Assembly (NCBI GenBank): GCA_047947115.1 | Contig: CP170459.1 | Span: 3,776,001-3,840,000, forward strand | Reading direction: 5' to 3' | Length of the DNA stretch: 64,000 nt | Source: Verrucomicrobiota bacterium | GTDB lineage: Bacteria > Verrucomicrobiota > Verrucomicrobiia > Limisphaerales > AAA164-E04 | Part shown: in pieces, positions 9,549-18,906 of the stretch | Position numbering within the stretch: position 1 is the first letter of the stretch | Layout: every line of letters starts with the position of its first letter | Program-made: the position numbers and the translations under genes | The notes under the pieces: generated by a model | The model's input: only the letters and a program-made list of their open reading frames with translations | The model's database searches: none | Told to the model about the DNA's origin: nothing

Positions 9549-10757
9549 TTATTCTTTGGAGAGGATTTCGATTTGGCGATACTCCACGAACATATCCTGT
9601 CCACCATGCAGTTGCAGAGCGATATGGCCGGAGGTGCGTCCCGGATCATTCAGAAGTTCGGCTGATTTGATGCCGTTCACATGGACGGTGATGCGTTTTC
9701 CATGGGCAGATACGGTCAGGTCGTTCCATTCATTCTTTTTGAACCAGGGAGTTTTCTTGTCGGCGGGATGTTGAACCACCCAGGCGCGACCGCCCGTTTC
9801 ATAGAGTCCTCCGGTCTCGTAAGATGTGTCGATTTCAACCTGAAACCCGTTGACGCCCACGTTGTTTTCTTTCTCATCCACGCGGAAGTAAAATCCACTG
9901 TCTCCATTGGTTACCTTGAATTGGGCTCTTACGGTGAAATCTTCGAACCTTTTATCCGTCACCAGCAAACCATGGCGGTTTTCACTTTTCTCGCTGGTCC
10001 CCTGGATCACGCCATCGACAACCTCCCATTGACCGCCGGGAAGCGCATGCCATCCGTTCAACGTTTTACCGTCAAACAGCGGCTTCCAGGTGTGCTTGCC
10101 AAGGTCCTGAATCCGGACGTTGCGCCAACGAATCTGCATGGGCTCATCACTATTGGTACCGTGAACCTGCAGCGCGATGAAACCGGACACGTTCAATGAA
10201 TCACGTAAATCGGCCGCTGGCACACCGTTGATCCAGGTCTTGATCGAATCGCCGATGGCCTCGACGCGGTAGTGGTTCCATTCGTTCTGTTTGAACGCGG
10301 CCTGAGCCTTTGGGTTGTCGGTCAAGGGATTCAGCCAACCGCGACGGCTTTCGTCGTAAATCCCTCCTGACCACGCGCGCTTGCTGGGGTCGATTTCCAC
10401 TTGGTATCCATGCACGACTCCATTGTGGACTTCGGGTTTGCTGAGGCTGCGGATTTGAATGCCGGAATTCATGTTGGGGTGGACACGGTATTCCAGTTCC
10501 AGAATGAAATCGGAGTAATCGCGATCGGTGCACAAAAAAGTGTTGGGGCCGCCCTTGACGGTGGTTCCGACGATCACGCCGTCTTCCACATGATACTTGG
10601 CATTGCCTCCACGTTGAATCCAGCCGGAAAAATCCTTTCCATTGAAAAGATCCTTCCACTCCGCACCGGTGGCCGTCATCGAAAGTGAAACCAATAACAG
10701 GCCCATCATCCAGTGGAGACTGGATGCCATAGATTGTTTGTTTGCGTAATTGTTCAT
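9549..10757 (-). CDS. Exported protein with two DUF1080 (3-keto-disaccharide hydrolase) domains
   Basis: Two copies of LF(N/D)GK...GW...(N/D)SG...YQVEID/FQVEID...EWN...G.IALQ.HG; signal-peptide-like N-terminus; start chosen at ATG 10757. Confidence 0.9.
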   Translation of the reverse strand: MNNYANKQSMASSLHWMMGLLLVSLSMTATGAEWKDLFNGKDFSGWIQRGGNAKYHVEDGVIVGTTVKGGPNTFLCTDRDYSDFILELEYRVHPNMNSGIQIRSLSKPEVHNGVVHGYQVEIDPSKRAWSGGIYDESRRGWLNPLTDNPKAQAAFKQNEWNHYRVEAIGDSIKTWINGVPAADLRDSLNVSGFIALQVHGTNSDEPMQIRWRNVRIQDLGKHTWKPLFDGKTLNGWHALPGGQWEVVDGVIQGTSEKSENRHGLLVTDKRFEDFTVRAQFKVTNGDSGFYFRVDEKENNVGVNGFQVEIDTSYETGGLYETGGRAWVVQHPADKKTPWFKKNEWNDLTVSAHGKRITVHVNGIKSAELLNDPGRTSGHIALQLHGGQDMFVEYRQIEILSKE

Positions 10758-10895
10758 CGGAGGCTGAATCAGTTTCCCAAAAAACACATCTTGCGCAATG
10801 CCAAAGTTTAGTTGCTGAATGGGCTGGGATTTCCGTCTTGATCCCGCTTCAAACCTTGTGGTAACCAGATGGCAATCAGAAGGCAAAGAAAGTGT

Positions 10896-11667
10896 TCATG
10901 CCTCCGGTTGAATAAACGGAGGGGCAATCGCCGCATTGCGCCCACTTCGAACCTTGTGGCCGGCGAATTGTTATCAGGCCGCAATGGGAGTGCTGTCGCA
11001 TTTCGAATATCACTGGCTGCCCGCATTCCATGTCATTTGTTTAAGAAAGTTCCAAGGGAGAAGTATGGGATGAGGTGGCACTCATGCCTCCGGTTGAATA
11101 AACGGAGGGGCAATCGCCGCATTGCGCCCACTTCGAACCTTGTGGCCGGCGAATTGTTATCAGGCCGCAATGGGAGTGCTGTCGCATTTCGAATATCACT
11201 GGCTGCCCGCATTCCATGTCATTTGATTAAGAAAATTCCAAGGGAGAAGTATGGGATGAGGTGGCACTCATGCCTCCGGTTGAATAAACGGAGGGGCAAT
11301 CGCCGCATTGCGCCCACTTCGAACCTTGTGGCCGGCGAATTGTTATCAGGCCGCAATGGGAGTGCTGTCGCATTTCGAATATCACTGGCTGCCCGCATTC
11401 CATGTCATTTGGTTAAGAAAATTCCAAGGGAGAAGTATGGGATGAGGTGGCACTCATCTCTCCGGTTGAATAAACGGAGGGGCAATCGCCGCATTGCGCC
11501 CACTTCGAGCCTTGTGGCCGGCGAATTGTTATCAGGCCGCAATGGGAGTGCTGTCGCATTTCGAATATCACTGGCTGCCCGCATTCCATGTCATTTGATT
11601 AAGAAAGTTCCAAGGGAGAAGTATGGGACGAGGTGGCACTCATCCCTCCGGTTGAATAAAAGGAGGG
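10896..11667. repeat. Tandem array A: 4 full copies plus a partial copy of a 186-bp REP-doublet-like unit
   Basis: TCAT(G)CCTCCGGTTGAATAAA starts at 10896, 11082, 11268, 11454 and 11640 (period 186); copies nearly identical; intergenic between divergent genes. Confidence 0.97.
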
Positions 11668-11718
11668 AGGCAATTGGGGTCGACAGGTCTTTGAATCTGA
11701 TTTATCACATGCTTCTCT

Positions 11719-13029
11719 ATGCCGGAATCCTTGAACAACGAATCCAACGTCGCACGCAGCGCCAAGCGTAAGGCTTATATCAATATCGTTCTGCCTCTGT
11801 TCATCACGTCGATCATTGCTTATCTGGATCGCGTCAGCCTGAGCTACGCAGGACTGACCATGAATGAGGAATTGGGGTTTTCGGAAGCGGTGTTCGGTTT
11901 AGGTGCAGGGATCTTTTTTGCCGGCTATGTATTGTTTGAAATTCCAGGGGCTCTCATCGCTGAGCGCTACAGCCCCAAGTTGTGGTTGGCGCGCATCATG
12001 ATCTCCTGGGGCCTTATCTCGGGGATGATGGCTTTCATGACCGAAGTGTGGGAGTTTTATTTGCTGCGCTTTCTTCTGGGCGTGGCTGAGGCCAGTCTTT
12101 ATCCGGTCATATACGCATCCTGCATACCACGATGGTTTGCGCCCGGGGATAGGTCGCGGGCTATTGCGGTTCTTCTGACGTCCTTGCAAATGTCGAGTAT
12201 CATCGGCGCTCCGTTGGCGGGGTGGGTGTTGGGACTGTCGTTTTTTGGGCTTGAAGGTTGGCAAGGGTTGTTTGTCCTGGAGGCTATTCCTGCTGTGCTG
12301 TTTGGGATTATTATTGTTTACTGGATGGCTGATTCACCCGAGGAGGCCAAATGGTTGACACCGGAAGAACGTCAATGGCTTACCAGCGATTTGAAAAGCA
12401 AAGCCTCCCAAAACAAACGCATCAGGAATTATACCGTTTGGCAGGCACTTTCTGATCGGGAGGTCCTGAAACTTTGTGTAACTTATTTCCTGTGGATCAC
12501 CGGTTACTGGGGGTTTGGGTATTGGATGCCCTCTGTCCTGAAATCCTTTTCATCGTGGTCCAATTTTGCCGTGGGATGGATGATTGTGATTCCGATGACT
12601 CTTTCATTGCTGTTCATGCTCTGGATTGGTCATCACTCCGCTGTTACGGGTGAACAGCGTTGGCACGGCGCGATTGGGACCTTTATTGCTGCCGTCGGCA
12701 TGTTTTGTGGTACCCTGACGAATCATCCTGTTCTGGCCTTTGCCTTTTTATGTCTGGCGGCCATTGGTGTGTATGCTCCATTCGGTGTTTGGTGGTCCTA
12801 TCCCACCTCTTTTCTTTCAGGTTCAGCGGCAGCGGGTGCTATTGGACTGATCAATTCCTTTGGCAACATTGGCGGTTTTGTGGGGCCTTATATCACGGGG
12901 TATCTCAAAACCTTGACGGGAAGTTTCACCCTCGGCTGGATTTATCTGGCGTTGTCGTTGACGGCCTCTGGGATATTGATGTTGACCTTGCGCAAAAAGG
13001 AAACAGAAGAGGTGTCGTCAACTGTCTGA
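11719..13029 (+). CDS. MFS transporter, anion:cation symporter (tartrate/aromatic acid-like) family
   Basis: IAYLDRVSLSYA, FGLGAGIFFAGYVLFEIPG, WLARIMISWG, AAAGAIGLINSFGNIGGFVGP. Confidence 0.92.
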   Translation: MPESLNNESNVARSAKRKAYINIVLPLFITSIIAYLDRVSLSYAGLTMNEELGFSEAVFGLGAGIFFAGYVLFEIPGALIAERYSPKLWLARIMISWGLISGMMAFMTEVWEFYLLRFLLGVAEASLYPVIYASCIPRWFAPGDRSRAIAVLLTSLQMSSIIGAPLAGWVLGLSFFGLEGWQGLFVLEAIPAVLFGIIIVYWMADSPEEAKWLTPEERQWLTSDLKSKASQNKRIRNYTVWQALSDREVLKLCVTYFLWITGYWGFGYWMPSVLKSFSSWSNFAVGWMIVIPMTLSLLFMLWIGHHSAVTGEQRWHGAIGTFIAAVGMFCGTLTNHPVLAFAFLCLAAIGVYAPFGVWWSYPTSFLSGSAAAGAIGLINSFGNIGGFVGPYITGYLKTLTGSFTLGWIYLALSLTASGILMLTLRKKETEEVSSTV

Positions 13030-13095
13030 CTGCCGTTTTTCAGGGGTGGTCGAATGTTTTTGAATAGGGCGTGGTTTTGATGTACGAGTTCCCCC

Positions 13096-16000
13096 ATGAA
13101 ATTCCACAACGCACATGGCATCTTGGTGGTTAATTTGGCCCTGACTTTGTTGCTCGAACAGTCTCATCCAGTGAATGCACAGGATGAAGCCGATCTGATC
13201 GCCGCTCTGGTTGAGCAGCCACAGGGATTTCCCGCATCGAAATTGCCTGGAGAATTGCTTTGGCCTGTCTTTGGTGAAGAACCATCCGGTTCTGAATTTG
13301 CCAATTTCAGTTTGACGATGGATTATGCATTGTCTTCCGGAAAAACGGCGCAACTCCATCTTGGGAACGATATCAAGATCCACCTGCCCGCCGGAGCGCA
13401 TGTGCTGTATCTGGAACACGAGCACCTGGATCAACAGCCAGGGCGTTTGCTTGCATTGGTGGACGGCAAGGAATCGTTGAAAATGGAACTCCCCAATGTG
13501 CCCGCCGCTTCTTACAAATCGACGACCGAAGAGGCTAAGGATACATTTGCAACCGACGGAGATTTCACCGCATCTGTTCAGTTCACCACTGAAGGTCATG
13601 GCACATTGTTTTCGAAGAGCGCGCCTGAAGGGAAATGGACTCCCAATGCGAAGGCTTTATTCATCCGCGACGGACGGCTGATCTACGATATCGGATGGGT
13701 GGGCGCCATCTCCGGGCGACCTGTCGTGGCCGACGGTGAGCGGCATCATGTGGTGTTGCAAGTGAGAAACGGTGACGCCGAGTTGTTTCTTGATGGCAAA
13801 TCACTTGGCAAAAAAGAGGATTTCCACGCAGAGGATGATCCCGAGCATGTATTCAAAATCGGAGCCGCGGGCTCGGATTTCGGTCTTGATTGGGAAGGTG
13901 GCACCATCCACTCATTACGGTTTTGGAAAGGGGGACTTCGACGTTTGAACTTTGGTCATTTGTTGGAAGGTCGTGAGGAAGTTGGTGTGGCTCCCAGTTT
14001 CGAATGGGAGGGGAAGGAAGTCAAAGAAACCTTCGATGGGGAAGGGGTGGAAGGATTGGCCGTGACTCTGGGGCTGGAGGGGCCTGTGGAAGTGAAACAA
14101 GCCTGGACCCAGCCTTTGGTTCAAACGGATCATGCGAAGTTGATTCAAGGATGGAGTGATGAAACATTCCAGACAGGGCAGGAAATATATCAGACCCTTT
14201 GCATTACGTGTCATGGCACATCCGCCGTTCAGGGGTTCTTGCCGACCTCGTTGAAGTTTCATGAAGGCGTTTTCAAGAATGGAAGTGATCCATACAGCAT
14301 GTTCCAAACGTTGACACATGGTTATGGATTAATGGTTCCTCAGGGACAATATACCGCGGCGGAAAAATATGCCGTGATTCAATATATCCGCGAATCCCAG
14401 ATCAAACCCAGCAATCCGGGCCAGTATGTTGAGATCACCGATGCATACCTTGCTTCTCTTCCCAAGGCTCTTCGAACTTATCGTGCATCAGAACCCATTG
14501 TAAATCGTCGAGGTAAACAATACGAAAAAATGGATTTCGGCCCCGCTCTCATGTGGACCTATCAGGTCAATCAAGCCAAAGAAATCCCGGAATGGAACAT
14601 TGCTCAAAAAGGAATCAATGTGAGATTGAATCCGGGGAAGGGAGGTGTTTCCAAAGGTCGCGCCTGGATGGTGTATGACGAGGACACCATGCGCGTTGCC
14701 GCTGCTTACAGCGGAGATGAGTTCGTCGACTGGCGTGGGATTGCTTTTGACGGATCGCACGGCACGCATACCAGCATTCGTGGCGATGTGGCCTACATCA
14801 CGCAGGATGCACCTGCCTGGCGGCATCCAGTCACCGGCCAGTGGAATGATCAACGCATCATCGGGCGTGATGGACGTCGTTTCGGTCCCTTGCCGAAAGA
14901 CTGGGTGCACTACAAGGGTTTGTATTACCACGGAGATCGAGTGGTGATTCGCTATACGGTGGGTGAGGCCATGATTCTTGAGAATCCGAGTGTGTTTGAA
15001 TACGGTGATACGCCCGTCTTTATACGCACATTCAACCTGGAGAAATCAGATCACGACCTGGTGACACGGCTTGCAGAGGATGATCCAGATCTCGCGGTGG
15101 CGATCCATGGCAGTGCTGAGGTTCAAGTAGTAAGAGAAGGTGGTTTCATTGTCATGACCATTCCAGCCACTGCAACCCCACTTCGTTTCAATGTTTGCCT
15201 TTCAAAATTGGATCAACCTTCCCTGCAAGGGTTGATGGGTGCCATCCCTGTCAAAGACCTGGCTCCGCTCACTCAGGGCGGTCCGGCGCGCTTCGGGCAA
15301 CAAGTTGTCACGACACAAGGAGAAGTTGGACTTGATGACGGACCGTTCGCAGTGGATGTCATCACAGTGCCGGATGCGCAGGATAATCCATGGGAATCCT
15401 GGATGAGGTTGGGTGGATTCGATTTCTTCCCGGACAACCCGGATCGGGCGGCAGTCTGCACATGGATGGGGGATGTCTGGTTGCTGGACGGAGTGGCCGG
15501 TGATTTGCACGACCTCAAATGGAGGCGAATTTGTTCCGGCCTGTTTCAACCCTTGGGTTTGAAGATACACAGCGGAAAGATCTATGTGACATGTCGAGAT
15601 CAAGTAGCCCGCCTGCATGATTTCAACGGAGATGATGAAATCGATTACGTCGAAAGTTTCAATAATGACGCCCAGGTTACCGAGCACTTTCATGAGTTTG
15701 CCATGGGACTGCAAATTGATGATGAAGGGAATTTCTTTTATGCCAAATCCGCTCGTCATGCCAAAACAGCCTTGGTGCCGCATCATGGAACCTTGTTGCG
15801 TGTTTCGGCAGACGGTTCGCGTACAGACATCATTGCCAATGGATTCCGTGCGGCCAACGGCGTTTGCATGAATCCGGATGGTACATGGATCGTCACCGAT
15901 CAGGAGGGCCATTGGAATCCCAAGAACCGGATCAATTATGTCAAGGAAGGTGGGTTTTATGGCAACATGTTCGGTTACCATGATGTCACAGACAGCTCTG

Positions 16001-16689
16001 ATGAAGCCATGGAACAGCCTTTGTGCTGGATCACCAACGCCTTCGATCGGTCACCTGCCGAGTTGCTTTGGGCGACCGAGCCTGCTCAGTGGGGTCCGCT
16101 AAATGGTGTGTTGCTGAATCTGTCTTACGGGTATGGGAAAATCTACACCGTGCCGCATGAACTGATTCAGGGACAGGCGCAAGGAGGCATGTGTCAATTG
16201 CCCATTCCTCAATTTCCGACCGGGGTGATGCGCGGGCGTTTCCATCCTGCGAATGGCCAACTATATGGCTCCGGCATGTTTGCCTGGGCGGGGACCCAGC
16301 AACAGGCAGGTGGTTTTTATCGTATTCGATATACCGGAAAGCCCGCCTATATGCCCATCGCCATGGAAGCGATCTCGACGGGGATGCGGATCACATTCAG
16401 CGATCCGTTGGACAAGGATTTTGTTGAGAAGAAAGCCAAATATGGCGTTGAAATATGGGATCTGAAACGCACAGCAAATTACGGATCCAAGCATTATAAT
16501 CAGCAACCACTGGATGTCACATCCGCCACCTTGTCAGATGACGGACGCACTCTATATCTGGAAATCGACGACCTCCGTCCAACCTGGGGTATGGAAATCC
16601 GCTGCGAACTCAAAGGTCCCGGCGATAAAGAGCCTGTAACCCGCGTTATTCACAACTCGATTCACCATCTGGGGAGTGGTTTGTTTTGA
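13096..16689 (+). CDS. Exported multidomain protein: LamG-like domain, c-type cytochrome and beta-propeller sugar-dehydrogenase-like domain (DUF6797-type)
   Basis: CITCH heme-binding motif; LamG-like RHHVVL...LFLDGK; propeller motifs SGLFQPLGL, ANGFRAANG, TDQEGHW; signal-like N-terminus. Confidence 0.75.
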   Translation: MKFHNAHGILVVNLALTLLLEQSHPVNAQDEADLIAALVEQPQGFPASKLPGELLWPVFGEEPSGSEFANFSLTMDYALSSGKTAQLHLGNDIKIHLPAGAHVLYLEHEHLDQQPGRLLALVDGKESLKMELPNVPAASYKSTTEEAKDTFATDGDFTASVQFTTEGHGTLFSKSAPEGKWTPNAKALFIRDGRLIYDIGWVGAISGRPVVADGERHHVVLQVRNGDAELFLDGKSLGKKEDFHAEDDPEHVFKIGAAGSDFGLDWEGGTIHSLRFWKGGLRRLNFGHLLEGREEVGVAPSFEWEGKEVKETFDGEGVEGLAVTLGLEGPVEVKQAWTQPLVQTDHAKLIQGWSDETFQTGQEIYQTLCITCHGTSAVQGFLPTSLKFHEGVFKNGSDPYSMFQTLTHGYGLMVPQGQYTAAEKYAVIQYIRESQIKPSNPGQYVEITDAYLASLPKALRTYRASEPIVNRRGKQYEKMDFGPALMWTYQVNQAKEIPEWNIAQKGINVRLNPGKGGVSKGRAWMVYDEDTMRVAAAYSGDEFVDWRGIAFDGSHGTHTSIRGDVAYITQDAPAWRHPVTGQWNDQRIIGRDGRRFGPLPKDWVHYKGLYYHGDRVVIRYTVGEAMILENPSVFEYGDTPVFIRTFNLEKSDHDLVTRLAEDDPDLAVAIHGSAEVQVVREGGFIVMTIPATATPLRFNVCLSKLDQPSLQGLMGAIPVKDLAPLTQGGPARFGQQVVTTQGEVGLDDGPFAVDVITVPDAQDNPWESWMRLGGFDFFPDNPDRAAVCTWMGDVWLLDGVAGDLHDLKWRRICSGLFQPLGLKIHSGKIYVTCRDQVARLHDFNGDDEIDYVESFNNDAQVTEHFHEFAMGLQIDDEGNFFYAKSARHAKTALVPHHGTLLRVSADGSRTDIIANGFRAANGVCMNPDGTWIVTDQEGHWNPKNRINYVKEGGFYGNMFGYHDVTDSSDEAMEQPLCWITNAFDRSPAELLWATEPAQWGPLNGVLLNLSYGYGKIYTVPHELIQGQAQGGMCQLPIPQFPTGVMRGRFHPANGQLYGSGMFAWAGTQQQAGGFYRIRYTGKPAYMPIAMEAISTGMRITFSDPLDKDFVEKKAKYGVEIWDLKRTANYGSKHYNQQPLDVTSATLSDDGRTLYLEIDDLRPTWGMEIRCELKGPGDKEPVTRVIHNSIHHLGSGLF

Positions 16690-16690
16690 A

Positions 16691-16718
16691 CCGCACCACC
16701 GCAGTTGCGGTGGTGCGG
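16691..16718. terminator. 13-bp perfect hairpin between convergent genes
   Basis: CCGCACCACCGCA-GT-TGCGGTGGTGCGG right after the stop at 16689 and before the stop at 16733; no clear U-tract. Confidence 0.6.
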
Positions 16719-16732
16719 CTCAGAAAAACTCC

Positions 16733-17314
16733 TTACTTTGCTTCTTTTATCGCCTTGATCAGTGCTTCAATGCCGTGGCGGTCGCGGTATCCTTCCAGGA
16801 AGAGCTTGGACCGGATGATGCCTTCGGAATCGATGATGAAGGTTCCAGGGTAGGGGACTCCGTCAATTCGGGAGCCAACCGCTTCTTTGTTCAAAATTTC
16901 GTAGGCTTTAATCGTCTTGCTGCCGGGGTCGGAGAGCAGGGGATAGGTGATGTCACTCTTTCGGGTGAACTTCATCAGGGTTTCCACAGAATCGTAGCTG
17001 ATCCCAATCACTTTACCACCGGCGGCTTCGATTTCCTTCACACTCTGTTGCAACTGAACCAGCTGCTTTTTGCAGAACGGTCACCAATTGGCCGACCGAT
17101 AAAACACCAGAGCAACCGGGCCCTTTTTGAGGAAGGAACTTAGGGGCTGATCTTTGCCATGTTGGTCTTTCAGCGTCCAGTCCGGCGCTTTACTACCGAC
17201 ATCCAGGCCGGTTTTTTCTGGGTTTGACGGTTCTGCGGCGAACACGGAACTCAGCATCAAACTTAGTCCCGCAAACAAACAGGCCCATGTTGTTCGAATC
17301 GATTGGGGTTTCAT
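16733..17314 (-). CDS. AhpC/TSA peroxiredoxin-like selenoprotein (UxxC motif; in-frame TGA at 17081-17083)
   Basis: ORFs 17081..17416 and 16733..17053 share a frame; read-through gives ...PVALVFYRSANW-U-PFCKKQLVQLQQ..., 193 aa from ATG 17314; thioredoxin-fold motifs APDWTLKDQHGK, IGISYD, YPLLSDP, PGTFIIDSEGIIR. Confidence 0.85.
17043..17078 (-). promoter_or_regulatory. Candidate bacterial SECIS hairpin
   Basis: After UGA: CCG-TTCTG-CAAAAA-GCAGCTG-GTT-CAGTTGC-AA-CAGAG; upper stem GCAGCTG/CAGTTGC with a G-containing loop about 21 nt from UGA, lower stem TTCTG/CAGAG. Confidence 0.65.
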
Positions 17315-17372
17315 GAGTTGCAAACTATACCTGATTAGATGAGATACAAGAGTGAATATTCCCCAACAAAAG

Positions 17373-17506
17373 GTAGGGTCGCGCTGCTGCGTGACCGCAC
17401 TGCGAGCAGAGGTCAACGAACACCTGAGGCTACCCTCGTTCCACGTGTTTTGTTGAAGGATGTTCTGAGAGAGAAGTGAGGGTGCGAGGTGGAACTCGCC
17501 CCTCCG
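17373..17506. repeat. Solo, shortened copy of the 186/187-bp REP-doublet unit
   Basis: 17411-17506 aligns with the 3' half of the array B unit; left arm GTAG-GGTCGCG-CTGCTG-CGTGACC. Confidence 0.85.
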
Positions 17507-17520
17507 TTGGGGGAAAGCGG

Positions 17521-18522
17521 TCAGCTTGCGCAGGTCAAAACGATTTTTCCGAATTGTTCACTGTGTTTCATCCGTTCCAGTGCGGTATTGACTTCTTCCA
17601 AGGGGTAAACCGCATCGACGATGGTTTTAACCTGGTGTTCCTGGATAAAGGACATCATGTTCCGGAAATCGGCAGGCGAACCAAGGCTTGATCCTTGAAG
17701 TCTTATTTGTTTCCAAAACAATTTGAACATGTTGATTTGTTGAGGGTTCCCCAAGGTGGAACCGTAATTCACAATGCATCCGCCGGGTTTCACCAAATCA
17801 ATCAAACCATTGTAGGTCTTGCCTCCGGCGCTGTCGATGATCAGGTCCGGAGCGCCGGCCTCTTTTGCCATGGAATTTTCCCATCCGTCATCCTTGTAAA
17901 GGAATCCTCCTCGAGCCCCCATTTGGATGGCTTGTTTGATTTTATTATCATTGGAAGAAGTCACCCAGGCTTTGGCGCCCGTAGCCACTGCAAACTGCAG
18001 GGCTGCCAAAGCAACACCTCCCCCTACACCGGTTATCAAGACGGTTTGCCCTGTTTTAAGTCCACCTTGAGTGAAAAGGGAACGCCAAGCGGTTAATCCG
18101 GCAAGGGGAAGCGCTGCCGCCTCCTCCCATGATAAAAAATCCGGTTTCTCGTGAAGCGTTTCTTGTGGCACCAGAATGTGCGTGGCAAATGTGCCGTCAC
18201 GCGGCATGCCCAGGACTTCAAATTCGGGGGCTTGGGCTTCCTCTTGATCTCCCCAGTTGATGCCGGACTGCAGGATCACTTCCTTGCCTTTCCATGATGC
18301 ATCCACTCCATCACCGGTTTCGAGCACGACACCCGCTCCGTCTGATCCCAGAACGACCGGGAGTTTTATTTTAGGATAGAGCCCTTGTGTGATCCAATAA
18401 TCACGCCGGTTGAGAGCCGCGGTTTTGAGTTGAATCACCACGTGGCCGGGGGGTGCATTCAGATCATGACGATCTTGAATGCTCAAAGGTGTGTGAAGTT
18501 TTTCAAGGACTGCTGCTTTCAT
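17521..18522 (-). CDS. MDR-superfamily NAD(P)H oxidoreductase (zinc-binding alcohol dehydrogenase/quinone reductase-like)
   Basis: AALNRRD, VLGSDGAGVV, AAALPLAGLTAW, VLITGVGGGVA, QFGKIVL. Confidence 0.92.
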   Translation of the reverse strand: MKAAVLEKLHTPLSIQDRHDLNAPPGHVVIQLKTAALNRRDYWITQGLYPKIKLPVVLGSDGAGVVLETGDGVDASWKGKEVILQSGINWGDQEEAQAPEFEVLGMPRDGTFATHILVPQETLHEKPDFLSWEEAAALPLAGLTAWRSLFTQGGLKTGQTVLITGVGGGVALAALQFAVATGAKAWVTSSNDNKIKQAIQMGARGGFLYKDDGWENSMAKEAGAPDLIIDSAGGKTYNGLIDLVKPGGCIVNYGSTLGNPQQINMFKLFWKQIRLQGSSLGSPADFRNMMSFIQEHQVKTIVDAVYPLEEVNTALERMKHSEQFGKIVLTCAS

Positions 18523-18703
18523 GTGAACGGATCAATCTGTTTTGCCGAATTCAACAGCATCATGATGAATATTCCAAGTAATGACTGTGATTTTCGGGTT
18601 ATCATGACGCATGCTTGCAAGTATGCGAGGTAGAATTTGGGGAGGAGGATGTCCCTGGGTTCTCCTATGTAAGACGAGAAGCAGGGGATGGAATCCACAA
18701 GGT

Positions 18704-18882
18704 TTCGCGTCGAGACGACCCGATCTACCTGCCGATGCCAACAGGTAGAACGTGCCGTCCCCGGCGCGTCCTTGTGGTGTGCATGTTCATAATTGCCATG
18801 CAAAGGAAAACCCGAGGGCATAGGACACCCCACAATCGCATCACTACCGTTTGCGGACGCGTCGAGACGACTCGATCTACCT
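18704..18882. repeat. Cluster of GTAG-footed REP-like hairpins in alternating orientation
   Basis: CGCGTCGAGACGAC(C/T)CGATCTACCTG at about 18706 and 18858; inverted CAGGTAG-AACGTGCC-GTCCCC-GGCGCGTCC at 18742-18771. Confidence 0.7.
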
Positions 18883-18906
18883 GCGATGTTTTATCGCACA
18901 CAAATT

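Noticed and set aside
10954..11073. Apparent conserved peptide LW..N.YQAA...LPAFH..CLR shared by A and B units
   Set aside because: Hand count of A-versus-B differences over 40 codons gave 15/15/15 at codon positions 1/2/3 (no third-position bias), and the solo copy at 17411 has two stops in that frame
10869..11771. 300-aa repeat protein ORF spanning array A
   Set aside because: Open only because 186 is divisible by 3; the homologous 187-bp unit shifts frame every copy; the ORF overlaps the MFS start
16733..17416. Pseudogene or two separate genes for the peroxiredoxin-like protein
   Set aside because: The only disruption is an in-frame TGA at the catalytic Cys position followed by a SECIS-like hairpin; selenocysteine is the simpler explanation
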